The position numbers and the translations under genes were made by a program. Below, in pieces: positions 48,914 through 62,425 of a DNA stretch of 64,000 bases. The DNA is from Felis catus. Its lineage: Eukaryota. Location: positions 52,516,001-52,580,000 of the forward strand of contig NC_058382.1 of the NCBI RefSeq assembly GCF_018350175.1, given 5' to 3'. The first letter of the stretch is position 1, and each line of letters starts with the position of its first letter. The notes beneath the pieces are model-generated. The model was not told the DNA's origin and made no database searches. It was given only the letters and a program-made list of their open reading frames with translations.

Positions 48914-51900
48914 GGAAGCATTTATTTAGGTGACAAAGCCCTGACGATGTGCGGGGAATTGTTCTATTGATTGGGTGGTGGGGAGAATGTAACTAGGAAC
49001 TGAGAGAACTGAGATTGAGGTGAAAAGGAGACAGGATGGGTGGCATTGGTCCGTGACCTGGGGGAAATACCATCCAGGGCTCCTTCTGAAATAACTTGAA
49101 CTGATGCTCCGTTTTTTAAATTATTGTTTCAACGTTTATTTATTTTTTAATCTGTAAGGTACCAGGCACTATAGAGGGCCACAGTGTGGAGGGGATGAAT
49201 GGACACGCAGAGACCCTGCCCAGCAGGTCTAAAGGGGATTGGTCAGGATTTTGAGCCCTCCCATCACACACACCTGGTTTCAGATCCAAGCCCCACCCCC
49301 CACCCCCTCGTACTGTTTGGTTATGGGTAATCACTTTTCTGTCAAAGCCCATTTTTCTAAGTCTCTGCACATATTGTGTTAAGCACGGGGCCTGGCATGT
49401 AGCCATCACCACGGTGGGAGTGATTACGGTGGATGGGTTATTTTGGGGACACAGCCCCCCTGCTCGTCAAACCATCCCTGCTCGTTCATTCTTGGGAGAC
49501 CACCATTTGCTAAACCTTCGATCAGGTTGTTAGTGTCGGCTCAGGGAAAGAACAGGAATCCAAAGATGCCACGCTTGCCTCCAAAGAGCACGTGGTCTCG
49601 TTGGAGAGACGGTCACATGTGCACTGAGAAAGCCTGCAGATGTTATAACATTCACCCAAGGAAAAGTGCCAAGATTTGAAATGCTCATCAGCGGGGGACA
49701 CGCATGTTGTTAATTAAGGAAAGGGAGGTTTTAAATAAGACATTTGACGAAGGAAATGAGACCCCTGGATGTGTTTGAAAGGGCATTTTGGAACCAGCAT
49801 CTTGATTCAAATAAGTTACTTCGCCCCATCTACATTGGCTGTTAGTATTTACACCTTTACTTCTCTTCTGTGAAGCAGCATTAGTAACATTTATAAGTTG
49901 CCAACTGGAAAATATCACTTAAATGGAAAATATCACTTAACGTTAAGCAGCAGCAAAGTTAAAAATACATTTGCAGGCCGGAGTTCTGTCTGTTTCTCTT
50001 AGTGTAACACCTATCAATCAAAAACAAAACAAATAAACAACAACCAAAAAGAAAAAAAAAAGGGAGAAAAAAACCTAGCATTTGTTTGTAGTATTTGTCT
50101 GCAGAATATTATTTGTTTCACTTTGCAGTTTTATTCATTTTAAGCACGTTTTCACCAAAGTGTTCTACGTTAAGCCAGTCTCAATTCCATTTAAAGTGAA
50201 GGGTTTTCCGAGTTTAGATAATTTACATATAAAAGCGTTACTGTACATTTTATAAAGTGACTGCATTCGGAAAACAACAATTTCAATTTAATCGTATTGT
50301 CATTCTGCAAGTTGAAATGCCTCCCTCTTGCTTCCCGGTATTACTAACAATATTCCTTCTTGTCCTAATTTAAAATTGTTAGTGTTCGAAAATTGATGTG
50401 TTTCTTTTAGACCCCACCAGGAAGACTCTAGGCCCACTGTGATTTGTCTGATAGACTTGAAGATTATGTGCATGTGTGAGACAGAGAGGATCTTAATAAC
50501 TGTCTGGGCATGACAGGTATATGGCTCTTTCTAAATTATTTTCTTGCTTCTCCCAAGAAATTTTGTTTGCCGGTGGCCATATCTGTTCAAAACAAAACAA
50601 CACAAAACACAACACACAACTTCTGCCTCACTTTATGCTTCAAAATTTGCCATGTTTTTTTTTTTCTCTTTTCTTTCCTTTTCTAAAATGACACTCACTA
50701 TTGTTCCAGAAAAGTCCTTAGGAATCAGTCCCTCTACCTCTGGATCTTATATTATAATGTGTCTTCGAGAACTAGGGCCAGATGTTTAGGATTTCAGACC
50801 ACCATATTTGTCGTAGGAAGCCTGCCAATGTTTCAAATTCTTGACCCTGGAATTGAATGTGAGGCTCTGGCTATATTAAGGAAAACACCCGAGTTTTATG
50901 ATTCTGCGAGCTTGGGTTACGCCATAAATTTCCCCTGGCCTCTGCTTGTTTGTCTCTTGCAGGGTTTAGGGTTATTCCCCGAGTCTGCTCTACAAGCAGC
51001 ATCCAAGTGGCTGCCTCTAAAAAGCACATTAGATAATTTCTTGGGGAGAGAATAAACAGCTGTTTAAACAGGAGCCACAAAGCTGCCTTAAAATTAATTT
51101 GGTCCTAACCGAAAGATAAGTACATCCCCCTCAGTTCTCGGAATGAAACCCAGAACTCGTCTCCAGCGGCAGATCCGCCATCAGGATCGCTGAGGTCGAC
51201 TTACCAGGAGGGGCTCCCTTCCAGCTTTCGGATTTACTGTTGCCAGCGCCTGCATCCCGTTAGTCTATGCGATCCGGGTGGTTTATCGGTGATCACTCGT
51301 AGATGTATATTTATATAAATCTCCTAGCCCTGCATCTCCTTAAACTGTGGTTCTTGATTTGGGGACCACATGGTTTGTGTCTCGCACTTGGCAAGTGCCA
51401 TAAATATCTTACAGCTCATCACGTCTAACTTTTATGCCCTGTGTCTATATGGCAGAAAAATACTGTTTTTTCCATAATGAAAAGAGTGATTTTTTTCTTC
51501 CCAACATTCTAACTCCCCATTGCCCCTCCAGATTTTAAATATATCATAATACTTTTTACATTTACCTTGTTAATTCCTAGGTCCTTTATAAAAATATCTA
51601 TATGGTGGTAGCAATTATTATTATTACCGCATGGGGATGTTTGAGGCCAGATGTTATGCAGACTGATCACGTGTTCTCCGAGGGTTGGGGAGAGAATACA
51701 GAGCATTTTCTCCTCTTTAGAAGCCCTAAGTTCAGGGCAGTCTGAACCACTCCTTTTAGAAATACACTCTATGAAGAAAGGATATGTGCTTTGACTGGCT
51801 GCGTGACCTCACAGAAAGAGTTGACCCTGCCTGAACCTTTTCTGAACTATTGAGAGGACAGTAGCATCCTCATAGAGGTGCTCTGGGGGTTGATGAGAGA

Positions 51901-52172
51901 AGGTATACACAGTGGCAGCAGAACAGGTGCTCCACAGATATTCCCTTCTCCTTTGCTGCAACAGAGAGACCCTACTTTCTGTCGCAACGAGTAAGGCAAA
52001 CCAACCACATACCAACATCTGTATAGAAGCTGGAATATTTGGTGTCCCCATAATCCCAGTAAACCCAACGGTATGTATGTGACCTTTGGTGCTTCTTGCC
52101 TGTTAAGGAGCTATTTATGTAAAGTATTAAATTAGGGTCCAGCCATTTTCTTTCCTAGAAGGTGGCATTTTG

Positions 52173-52176
<4 letters not shown>

Positions 52177-52223
<47 letters not shown>
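52177..52223. repeat. (TG)n microsatellite
   Basis: Directly visible. Confidence 0.97.
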
Positions 52224-52227
<4 letters not shown>

Positions 52228-52239
52228 CAAGAAACTACA

Positions 52240-52450
52240 GTGGTGCCTGGGTGGCTCAGTCGGTTGAATGTCCTCCTTTGGCTCAGGTCATGATCTCGTG
52301 GTTCACAGCCCCATGTCAGGCTCTGTGCTGACAGCTCAGAGCCTGGAGCCTGCTTCAGATTCTGTGTCTCCCTCTCTCTCTGCCCCTCCCCTGCTCATAC
52401 TCTTTCTGTCTGTCTGTCTCTCTCTCTCAAAAATGAATACATTAGAAAAA
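52240..52450 (+). mobile_element. Can-SINE
   Basis: SINE body; TSD aaatcaagaaact(a/t)ca at 52224-52239 and 52453-52468. Confidence 0.95.
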
Positions 52451-52552
52451 TGAAATCAAGAAACTTCAGTTTTGACCAATATCTTACCTTCCTTCACATG
52501 CGTTGATTAAGGTCACGATTATGCATACCCTAGGCCCAGCAAAATGTGGAAT

Positions 52553-52800
52553 CATTTGTTCCATTTGTTCATTCACTTGTTCATTCACTTGTTCGTTCAT
52601 TTGTTCATTCTTTTGTTCATTCACTTGTTCATTTGTTCATTCACTTGTTCATTCACTTGTTCGTTCATTTGTTCGTTCTTTTGTTCATTCACTTGTTCAT
52701 TTGTTCATTCACTTGTTCATTCACTTGTTCATTCATTTGTTCGTTCTTTTGTTCATTCACTTGTTCATTTGTTCATTCACTTGTTCATCTGCTTGTTCAT
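52553..52800. repeat. Minisatellite: 12-mer CATTCACTTGTT variants in a 68-bp higher-order unit
   Basis: Units at 52562-52629, 52630-52697, 52698-52765 plus a partial copy. Confidence 0.95.
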
Positions 52801-52959
52801 CCAGCATCCATGAAGCAGCTCTGCATGCCCAGACCTGCCAAAAAGATTGAGATGGGTCTTTCCAGCAGAGGTGATAAGGCCTGGGGCCAGATGCACACGA
52901 GGTGTGGGGGCGGATGTACTGACCACAGCCTCTTGCAGGGGTCGTGGTCACTGACTGTA

Positions 52960-53190
52960 TAGTCAGGCAGACTTGCATCCAAGGCCGGCTCTGCCACTGA
53001 CTGCTTGCATGGCATGATGTCGGGCAGTTTTACTCAGTTCCCTCGTCTGTACAATGGAGACGATCGCAGTATCTAACTCATGGAGGTGCCCGAGGATTAA
53101 CTGAGAGAGATGACATCTATCTCAAAGTGACTGGAATAAAGAGCAGTTGCCCCAGTGCCTGGTTCGTAGGAAGTGCCTGGCCACCCTTGT
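52960..53190 (+). mobile_element. MIR
   Basis: 'ggctctgccactgact...ctcagttccctcgtctgtacaatggaga...gaggattaa'. Confidence 0.85.
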
Positions 53191-53575
53191 GTGTTATCCC
53201 ACGGGGCACCATGGGAGCACGAGGCGAGGCGTCATTCCAGCAGCTGCAGGGTGTGTCTGATGGCTCCGAGGGCTCACCAGTGGTTAAGGTCATGGGAGAC
53301 TAGCAGGGCTTGGTGTGGGGGTTGTAACTGGAGCGAGACTGAAAGGAACGATAGTCGTTATCAACAGTAAGCAAAGGGATAGCAGCTGGTGCGGGGAGGC
53401 TGGGAATTGTGTGTGCCTGGCTAAACTAGATGACGTCTATAAGGACCAGGGGAGAGCAAGGACAAGTAAAGCAAAAGCTAGTCGAATGGGCCGCTGCCCC
53501 ATCTCTTGTGGTGGTTAACAGAAGCAGAGACTTCGTATCCTATGATGGTCAAGCTTTCTTAGTAGCTCCCGAATG

Positions 53576-53861
<286 letters not shown>

Positions 53862-55499
53862 TTCCTGTCTTTATGTGTTAAGTTCCTGCTACGGCAGTGG
53901 TTCTCAATGTGGGTGACGCAGTGGAGTCACCTGGGAAGCTTTTAACCATCCCAGCGCCATGAAACACAGAAGCAAGAAAGCTTTGGCAGTCGTTCCCATT
54001 TCCCAGTTTCTCCCGTATGTGGCCTTTGCTGAAAAGTCCTCCTGCATGAGGTGTGAGGCGGGAGAGGTAAGGGTGGCCAGAAGAAGACCAGATCGCTCCA
54101 GGCTGTGTAGAAATGAACGTTGTTCTCATCTGCACGTTTTCCTCCTCCCCTCTTACTCTTTTACACTTGCCCCTGACCTTCCTCTCCCCGCAGCCGGCAT
54201 CCGTGCGTCTGTCTCTCAAGGGTTCTCGGTAATAGCCACAGCGTCTTCGCTCATCTGGCCCTTGGAGCTCCCTCTAGGGTCCCCCCTGACCCTGCTTTCC
54301 CGTCTCTGTAAAGGTCAAAAATGGAATTTGTTCTTTGTTCCTTGTATCAGCCTAGGCCAGTTGGTGGAAGTGAAAACTCCAAAATGTTAGTGCTTTTGCA
54401 TTTAATCTTTAATATAATAAGGGTTACTTTATAGCTGTGGTCACAGTCTATTGTGGGTCATTCAGAGACCTGGGTTTTATCTCTCCAGGTGCTTTACTCT
54501 CCATCCCACTAGGGCCTGCAAGGTACCCTCTCTTCCCGGCTCAGCAGAAGCGGAGGGAGAGGAAGTGTAGAACCATGGGGGATGTTCTATGCCCCAAGCC
54601 TGGAAGCAGTGTCCTCATGTCCGTCCTCGCTCTGGCAAGAATCGGGGATGCCCAAGAAGGAAACGGGCTCAGTGAAGATTTAGCCTGTCTTTACTACAAC
54701 CCCCATGTTCTGGAATGCACCCCTTTATTTATAATCTGTAATTAAATCTTTACAGAGTGCCTGTCACAGACTCGGGCTTCTTGGGGCTCTGGTTACCAGC
54801 ACTGAACAAAGTGTTGATTGAGGAAATAAAGTGGTTGGATTCTATGGTCTCTGTAGTAACTTACAGTGTAGCTTTTCCTGCATTCTCTTCAAACAGGAGA
54901 GTTTTCAGGGACATAACTTTTAGCAACAGCTCCTGAGAATGATCTTTCTTTCCATCGTTTGTTCCTGCCCCTCCTTCTTCCGGCAGAAGTTAAAGCAGAG
55001 AGTTTTAGCATGTTGTACCCGCTGTAAGCATCGCCAGTGCACCCAGTTTTTTGAGTTATCACCATGTCCTTATGTTTTTTCCGTGGGGGTGGTCAAAGCC
55101 CCTTGGTTTTGGGAATTTGGACAGGCAGACCCACTCACGTGAAGTCCCCTGACACAAAGATGAAAATCCCTAGAGCTGGGAAAGCATTTCCATGCAGTTC
55201 CCCCTTGGCTTACATCAAAACCATCTCCTTGCCCTGGGGATTGAAAACCACATTCTGTAAACTCTGAATAAATACTACACAACCATTTCTTGCCCCCTCA
55301 AGGAGACATTTTCTAGGGAGCAGTGAAAATGATTTGATGAGCTTTTGTGTGTGTGTGGAATGTTTCAGACGTATCTCATCCCCCTACCTTTTCCCCTAAG
55401 AGTTTCTCAAGGGTAACGGTGCGTTTCTTTTGTTTCCTTTTGCAACTCAGGAGGCTGAGCACCCAGTGAAGGGCCCGGGCACATAGCCGGTGTTCGGCA

Positions 55500-55931
55500 G
55501 GTGCTTTCTGCATTGGTGGGCTTCACGGGTCTCCCCAACTAGGCGGCTTAGAACACAAATACATTCTCTTCCGGTTCTGAAGCTTAGCGGTCCGAGATCA
55601 AGATGTTGGCAGGGCCCCGCTCTCTGTCTAGGCTCTCAGGGAGAGTCTGCTCCGTGCCTTCCTCAGCGTCTGGTGTTGCTGGGGGCTCTTGGTGTTCCTT
55701 GGCTTAGAGATGCGTCATCAGTCCCTGCCCCTGTCATTCCACGGCCTTACCCTTGTGGGTCTGTCTTTTATCTTCCTTTGATGAGGACACCAGCTTTTGC
55801 GTTAGGACCCGCTCTGCTCCAGTATGTCATCTTACCTGCAAAGACCCTATTTCCAAATCAGGTGACATTTACAGCCACCAGGAATCAGGACTTCAGCATA
55901 TTATTTGGGGTGACACACTTCCTCCGCAATA
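55500..55931 (-). mobile_element. MLT1 (C-like) LTR
   Basis: 'gtccgagatcaagatgttggcaggg...gttccttggctt...ctgcaaagaccctatttccaaatcaggtgacatt'. Confidence 0.9.
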
Positions 55932-56109
55932 GGCAACATCTGATGCAGAAAAGCACCACGCCTCGTCAATGGCTTGGTCCCAGTATTTTGCGCCATACCT
56001 GAGCTCATGCGTGTGTGACGGATGAAGGTGTGAAGGAACAAATGAACAAGTGGATAAAGAAACAACGTGGCTGGGTGTTTGGGCAGACAAGGAGGTGACA
56101 GGGTTGTAC

Positions 56110-56310
56110 GGAGATCATGGCGTGATGCCCTCATGCCTGGGCCTGAATCTCTGCTCACTACAATTTGTGTCATCTCATCCTTAGACGAGATACTCAACAT
56201 GGCCACGGCTGCTCTCCCCTCATGTGAAAGACGGAGCCAGTAATATCAACAAAATGGTGTTTGTACAGCACTTAACACGGTGCCTGGAGCCCAGTGGTTT
56301 ACACGGTCAG
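56110..56310 (+). mobile_element. MIR
   Basis: 'tgcctgggcctgaatc...tcccctcatgtgaaagacgg...cagcacttaacacggtgcctgg'. Confidence 0.65.
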
Positions 56311-58478
56311 AGACTCCCATCTTTCCGCCGACACCGTACCTCAGTTTTATGCCAAACTCTGGGTCAGCTTCCGGCACCTTGGGAAGTGTTCGCTGCGGCA
56401 CGAGCCCTTGAGGAACCCGCTGTTCTGGGAGCATCTCTTAGCATCGGAGCCAGTTTGGGCTCTGTCTTGTCCTCTCAAGGCCACCATGAGACATGCCTGG
56501 CCTCTGGGGCTCCTGGGACTTGTTATTATCTGGACATTTATTTATTTGGATTATCCTTGGGTTATCTGGAAACTTCAGCCTTCTTTTGTCTTGTACTTTT
56601 GTGGCTAACACTGCCTCCTGTTGCCTCCCCTCCCCATCTACCCTTTGCCTTGTTAGCTAGCTCTATCAAGATTAGTACATTAACAGAGAGCTTCTTCAAG
56701 CAGATCTCTTATCCTATTTTGTATTGTGTTCTGGTACGTTGTATTATGAGTGCTTCACTGTAGGTAAGAAGCAAGGGAAGAGAAGACTGTCCGGCTTTTT
56801 GGCTCTTCTGCACCAGTCCCTTCCGGCATCCGATCACAGACTGCTCTAGCTCCTGGGCACAGCTCCTTGGCAGGCCGCGCACAGGGAGAGAGGAGACATA
56901 CCAGCCCTGGTTTCCCCACAGCTGCTAACACAGCCTTTGTGGGAAAACGGAGGTTGCGTTAGCTATGCAGGGCATGCTCATTGCTGCGTGGTCAGTTGGC
57001 TTCATTTGGTCATGATACACCTAGTCGCATTGAGGAAACGTAATGAGGAAGTACAGGAAAGCGCGATTTGCTTTTCCAGTGTTAGTAAAAAGCAGTTAGA
57101 GTGTCCAACAGAAGTATAATAAAAGTTGGGGTAGGAGGAATGGCCAGGGAAATCAAGGGAAGGCATAAGAGTAGGAAAAACAACACAAAGTCAGGACCAA
57201 GGCTAGTTCATAAAATGTACATCAGGGGGACCTGGAAATCAGGTCAAAGTGGACTCTGAGCTTCCTAGCAGGGCACGCAAAGAGGGAAACGGGATCACTT
57301 ACATGGTTCCCAGTTATTTCTAGAACCAGATCCTAAGAGACAAATCTACTTTGGGTTCTCATATGTAGTGATATTTATTAATGGGGTGGACAAGTTCTCA
57401 TACGTGAATTCTTAATTTCTCTTTGCCTTTTGCTCCCAGACTCAGCCTTTGCCAACCCTCTACTGATAGGGGAAGGGTGGTGGTTCAGCTGGATCGAAGT
57501 TCCCTTTTGTGTGATCATAATTGGATACACAGTGTTGCCTTTTGTTCTTTTTGAGGGACGGTGTCTAAATTGATGGAGAATGGGGGCCAGCTGAGCAAGT
57601 CACTTGTGTAAGTAAGATCCTAGATGCTATGTGCCAGGGATGCTGTGGTTGTATCTCCCTTCTGCTGTGGTAGGTGCACGGGCCCATGAAGAGGTAGTTC
57701 ACAAGAGCTTTGTGAAAACAGAAGGCACTGTTTCTCCGTCTATAGAATGAGAGTGAGGGAGGTGGCACTGAAACGAAATGTCGACTGGGTATCATTTGTG
57801 TGGCTAGCATGGCTCCACTGGCCAGGCCCATCTGAGCACAGTGGAGGGTGTTTGTGGCTTTAGTCATCCTGGGATGCTTTTGCCTTCTTAAGACCGGCAT
57901 CTTCATTTGCGAGTTTCTTTCCCTCTTCCTGTGGCCCACCCAAGAGCCACAGGCTGTCGGCCGCAGATGTGGGTTTTTGACTCAAGAGACCGCTCGGAGT
58001 GTACCCAACGAATGTGGACAGCAAGGCTCATCAGAAGAACCTTTGCCCCATCTGGTCCTGGAGATACAAAGATGTCACTCCAGAGCTGCCTGTGGACACA
58101 TTTCCCATATGTCGGGGATCCCACAGACTGCAGAAATGAGAGAGACGGGGCGGGGGAGGGGGTTAGCTACAAGACCTGAGTCCAGGGTGGCCAGTCCCTG
58201 GGGTCCCTGGAGCTGCTGTTGTAGTTCCTGATCTGTTTCTTGCGATTCTGTGGACCCTTCTGTGTCTTTCCCATAAATTTTTCTCTCTTTTTTTTGCTTA
58301 TGCCAAGTTTCTCTCACTGGCAATGGAAAGAGTCCTGGCTGCTAGTAACACAATGTGGAAAGGACTGAGAGTTTGGGACAGGATTCGTTGGGAACCCGGA
58401 GTCACCCCTGGATGTCTACACGGCGGTGAGACGAGGAAGGGTATGGTGTGTCTTACTGGACGCCAGCCTCGGTCTACA

Positions 58479-58926
58479 TCAGCACTTCCCAGTTCTTCCC
58501 AAAGAACTTTTGCTTATGTGGACTATATTTGTTGTTACTTACCGCATTAGCAATTTGAGTAGAAAACAATTAAGTTTGTATGCGGTAATGCATTTAAAAA
58601 CCATAAACCCATTGCATGTTGACATGAATAAATTTTTTAGGAAACATAACTGCATTTTCAGACAAATAGTGGGGAGGACAGCATTGTTATATGTTTCTGC
58701 AGATCTCCTTAACGCTCAGCTTTACAGAAAACAGTCACATTCTCACATCTGCTTTTGCATTCGGTCTTTTGCGATACCACATGTCATGTGGCCACTGGGA
58801 AACTCCACTTCTACTTGTAAGAAAATGAAAAAAAAAGGCAAATAATACCTTAGCTTTACCGTGAAAAGCGGTCTGACCTCACAGAGCCTCTGATAGGGTC
58901 CCCGGGCCACACTTGGAGAACGCCTG
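58479..58926 (-). mobile_element. Charlie1-family (Charlie1b-like) DNA transposon
   Basis: 'cccaaagaacttttgcttatgtgg...ataaacccattgcatgtt...attctcacatctgcttttgcattc...ccacacttggagaac'. Confidence 0.85.
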
Positions 58927-59232
58927 GTGTTCATGGTGTCGAGAGTCTTGCTGCCTTTACTGTCTCTGATTCCAAGAGGGAAAATAACTTTCCTTTCTGA
59001 AATAACTGTGTGCCAGCATGTCCCCGTCTAGAGTCATATGCTGACATGATAGGGGACCTTAAACGTGCCATTTGAACCTTCTTGTTACGCCACTTTCCTC
59101 CTGGTAACATGGAAGCCACAGGAATACAGAAATGGTGCATTGGTCACCTCGTTTAGTCTTCTCTGAGTGCAAGGAGGTGAGGCCTGTGCGGGTCTCTGTT
59201 TCATTAACCAGGAATATCTGGCTCAGGGAGAG

Positions 59233-59700
59233 TGTAGTGGATTGAATGGTGGCCCTTCAGGAAAGAGACGTCCACGTCCTGGGTTCCTGGAACCTGTGAA
59301 TGTGGCTTTATTTGGGTAAAGGGTCTTTGCAGATGTGTTTAAGTTAATGATCTTGACCTGAGGACAGATTCCTGGATTATCCAGGTGAGCCCTAAATGCA
59401 ATGACCAGTGTCCTTGTCAGAAAGGCACAGGGGGAGACTTGAGAGAAGAGGAGGAGGCCATGTGACCCCGGAAGCAGGGAAGGAGTGATGTGGCCACAAG
59501 CTCAGGAACTCCTGGAGCCACCTGCAGCTGAAAGAGGCAGGGGTGCGTCTGTCCACCTCCTAAAGGCTTTGCAGGAGCACAGCCCCTGATGGCAGCTTCA
59601 TTTTGGACTCCTGGCTTCCAGAACCGTGAGAGAACATACTTCTGTTGTTCTAAGCCCCCCAGCCGTGGTTATTTCTTACGGCAGCTCCGAGAAACTCCTG
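59233..59700 (+). mobile_element. MLT1D-like LTR, near full length
   Basis: 'tgtagtggattgaatggtggccc...ggaacctgtgaatgtg...tcctggattatccaggtgagccctaaatgcaat...ctggcttccagaaccgtgagaga'. Confidence 0.92.
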
Positions 59701-60161
59701 TGGAAGGTAGAGACTATGCTCAAGGTCGCTCAGGTGCTGAAGGTCAGTGACAGGATCTGAACGCACGGTTTTGACTCCCGAGCCTGCTGTGTAGCACATC
59801 TCACCTGTGAGCTCACCTGCAAAACCGCTGTGGTGCCGAACCCACAGGCTTTGATTTGGGTCTGAACAAGACTGTGAGTGGAAACAGATGCAGGGCAGTG
59901 CCAGACCCAGAACCGCTCAGGTCACTGCTCCGCTGTTTACTAATACCGTCACGCTGCTGACTTGTAGGTTACCGACCCACGTGTTTGCACATTTTGTTAC
60001 TTCCGATTTTTCCGTGTAATAAATAAGGTAGTGACTTTAACATGCCTCAGTTTTGTTTTGTGTTGTTTCGCTTAACCCCTTACCACAAATTCTTGAGGAA
60101 TTCTTAGCGTTGGGGAAATAGAACTACTTGGGCCAAGAATATAAAGTTGTTTTGTTTTGTT

Positions 60162-60375
60162 CTTTATGTTTATTTATTTATTTTTGTGTGTGTGCGAGAG
60201 GGAGAGGGAGCACTCAGGGGAGGAGCAGAGAGAAAGGGAGAGAGAGAACCTCAAGCAGGCTCTGTGCTGACAGCACAGAGCCTGGCGTGGGGCTTGATCT
60301 CACAAACTGCGAGATCATGACCTGAGCCAAAATCAAGAGTGGGACGCTTAACTGACTCAGCCACCTAGGCGCCCC
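60162..60375 (-). mobile_element. Can-SINE
   Basis: SINE body; flanking direct repeat 'tgttttgttttg'. Confidence 0.93.
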
Positions 60376-60905
60376 TGTTTTGTTTTGCCTTGTTTTTAAG
60401 GCTCTGGTTACACATTTTCAAGTTGCTTACTAAAAAGTACGTATGTCAGGATGGTTTTAATGACAAGCCTAGCACCTCAAACCCCTTCTTCCCTCCCTCC
60501 CTTCCTCTTTTCCTTCCTTCCTTCCTTCCCACATTTTCTTATAATAATCCATGTGCTGGCTGTGCTAAGCACACCAACTCCATAACCTGAGTTATTTCTT
60601 AAGACTCATTCATGTGAGTCCAGGAGAAGCCTTTTCGGGAAAGAACACAAATAGTCTTCTTTCTTGGCTTAATCATATGGGATGTGGGAAGTCCGTTCCA
60701 TTAGAGAACCACCAGGAATCCAGGAATCCTGGGAATCAGTAACGACAGGAGATACAGAAACTGGGCAGTGATTAAAAAGTTCCAATCACTCTGTGTGTTC
60801 CCCTTGGAATAAGCAATTATCATCATTAACAAAGTCCCCAACTTACAGTGTGAGATCTGCTCTGCCGTGGATGTCGGTGTCACCACAGCATCCAACACAT
60901 TATGT

Positions 60906-61007
60906 TGGGTGTTATTTTAAGATAACGTTGAAACCATTTGCTATCCTTGGTAGGAATGGGTGTTATTTTAAGATAATGTTGAAATCATTTGCTATCCTTG
61001 GTAGGAA
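60906..61007. repeat. 51-bp tandem duplication (2 copies, 2 mismatches)
   Basis: tgggtgttattttaagataa(c/t)gttgaaa(c/t)catttgctatccttggtaggaa twice. Confidence 0.95.
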
Positions 61008-61110
61008 GTTGCTTATTTTTAATTCTTTTTCATGAATCTGGATTGACTGAGCTGTATAAGCCCCAGGAGTACCTGCTGTCTCTTTTCCAGTGGCTCTTAT
61101 GGTGTCTGTT

Positions 61111-61332
61111 TTTTTTTTTAATTTTTTTTAATGTTTATTTATTTTTGAGACAGAGAGAGACAGAGCATGAACAGGGGAGGGGCAGAGAGAGAGGGAGACA
61201 CAGAATCGGAAGCAGGCTCCAGGCTCCGAGCCATCAGCCCAGAGCCTGACGCGGGGCTCGAGCTCACGAACCGCGAGATCGTGACCTGAGGTGAAGTCGG
61301 ACGCTCAACCGACTGAGCCCCCCAGGCGCCCC
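61111..61332 (-). mobile_element. Young feline Can-SINE
   Basis: Near-consensus with CpGs retained; TSD 'tggtgtctgtt' at 61100-61110 and 61333-61343. Confidence 0.97.
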
Positions 61333-61944
61333 TGGTGTCTGTTATTTTATTGCCAAATGCATTAGAGACAGGACCCGACACTTGACGTGGCAGCATGGCG
61401 TGTCCCACGGCAGAGCTGGGGGTACGACGTAGAGCCAAGAGGCACGCTCCCATTAAGGTGCCAGTTGCTTTACTTTCTAAGGTACAGCTCAATGCTCTCC
61501 AGACCTTTTCATAGAACGCGCGACTTCAAAGATGCAGGCCAACCCTGTGTCTCCTCGGGAAATCTCCCCGGTGCTGATTCCTTTGAACATCTATTGCTTC
61601 AGCATGCACTTGTTACAAAGAGAAGGAGTATAAATCTGTTCTTTCTGTCCGTCTTCACTCTGTCAATTCGTGTTTTCTTTCTGCCAATTTCATCTGCGTC
61701 TTTCTCACCTACTTTCTCTTCTCTCTTTTTTTTTTTTTTTTGCTGCAGGGGTCGGGGGTGCTTCTTTGGTTGCGAAGGTCAGTACCTTGAAATTGAGAGC
61801 AGGCAGAGTAAAGCCCTCCAACTTGGTGTCCAGGTGATAATGTGTGTGGTCAACTCCCATGATGATCATTGTTGGCCAGGAAGTTTGTAAGAAGGGGGAG
61901 TTGAGGGGTGCTGAGGAGGCAGTTTTCCTGTTATTAAACCTCTG

Positions 61945-62425
61945 CACAGGCTGCTTGCAAATTCTTTTGACATTCTTCCAGTGAAAGGTAGAGCCTAATC
62001 CTATCCTCCCATCCTTGAATCTGGGCTACCTGTATGGACCCGCTTGCAACTAATTAGAATGTGGTGCAAGGGACATTATGGGATTTCTCTTAGGTGGCAA
62101 AAGATGATTTGGCTCCCATCTGGGTCTGTCTCACTCATGCGATGCTTACCTTTGGAGCCTGGCCACCATGCTGTGAGGAAGTTCAATCCAGCTCACGTGG
62201 AAGGACCACACAGGGAGGCCCCGATGGGGAGGAACTGAGGCCCCGTCAACCATCAGACCGAAAGGGAATGACGGAGCCTTCAGACGATTCCGCCTTCCAA
62301 ATGTCACGGTCCCCGTGGTGCCCTGTTCAAATTCCTGACTCCCAAAATGCATGAACAGAATAAGTGGTTGTCTTATACCTCTTAAGTTTTGGGATAATTT
62401 GATACAGAGATTTAATACCTGGAAT
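61945..62425 (+). mobile_element. MLT1 (G/H-like) LTR
   Basis: 'caaattcttttgaca...ccttgaatctgggct...ccaccatgctgtgaggaag...gaggaactgaggcc...aaattcctgac...taagttttggg'. Confidence 0.85.

Noticed and set aside
52503..52962. Repetitive ORFs (HLFI, CSFT, HSLV repeats)
   Set aside because: Open only because the minisatellite lacks stop codons
55490..56002. 170-aa ORF
   Set aside because: Lies within an antisense MLT1 LTR
56224..56763. 179-aa ORF with a hydrophobic C-terminus
   Set aside because: Starts in a MIR at a non-ATG codon; no homology I recognise and no splice context
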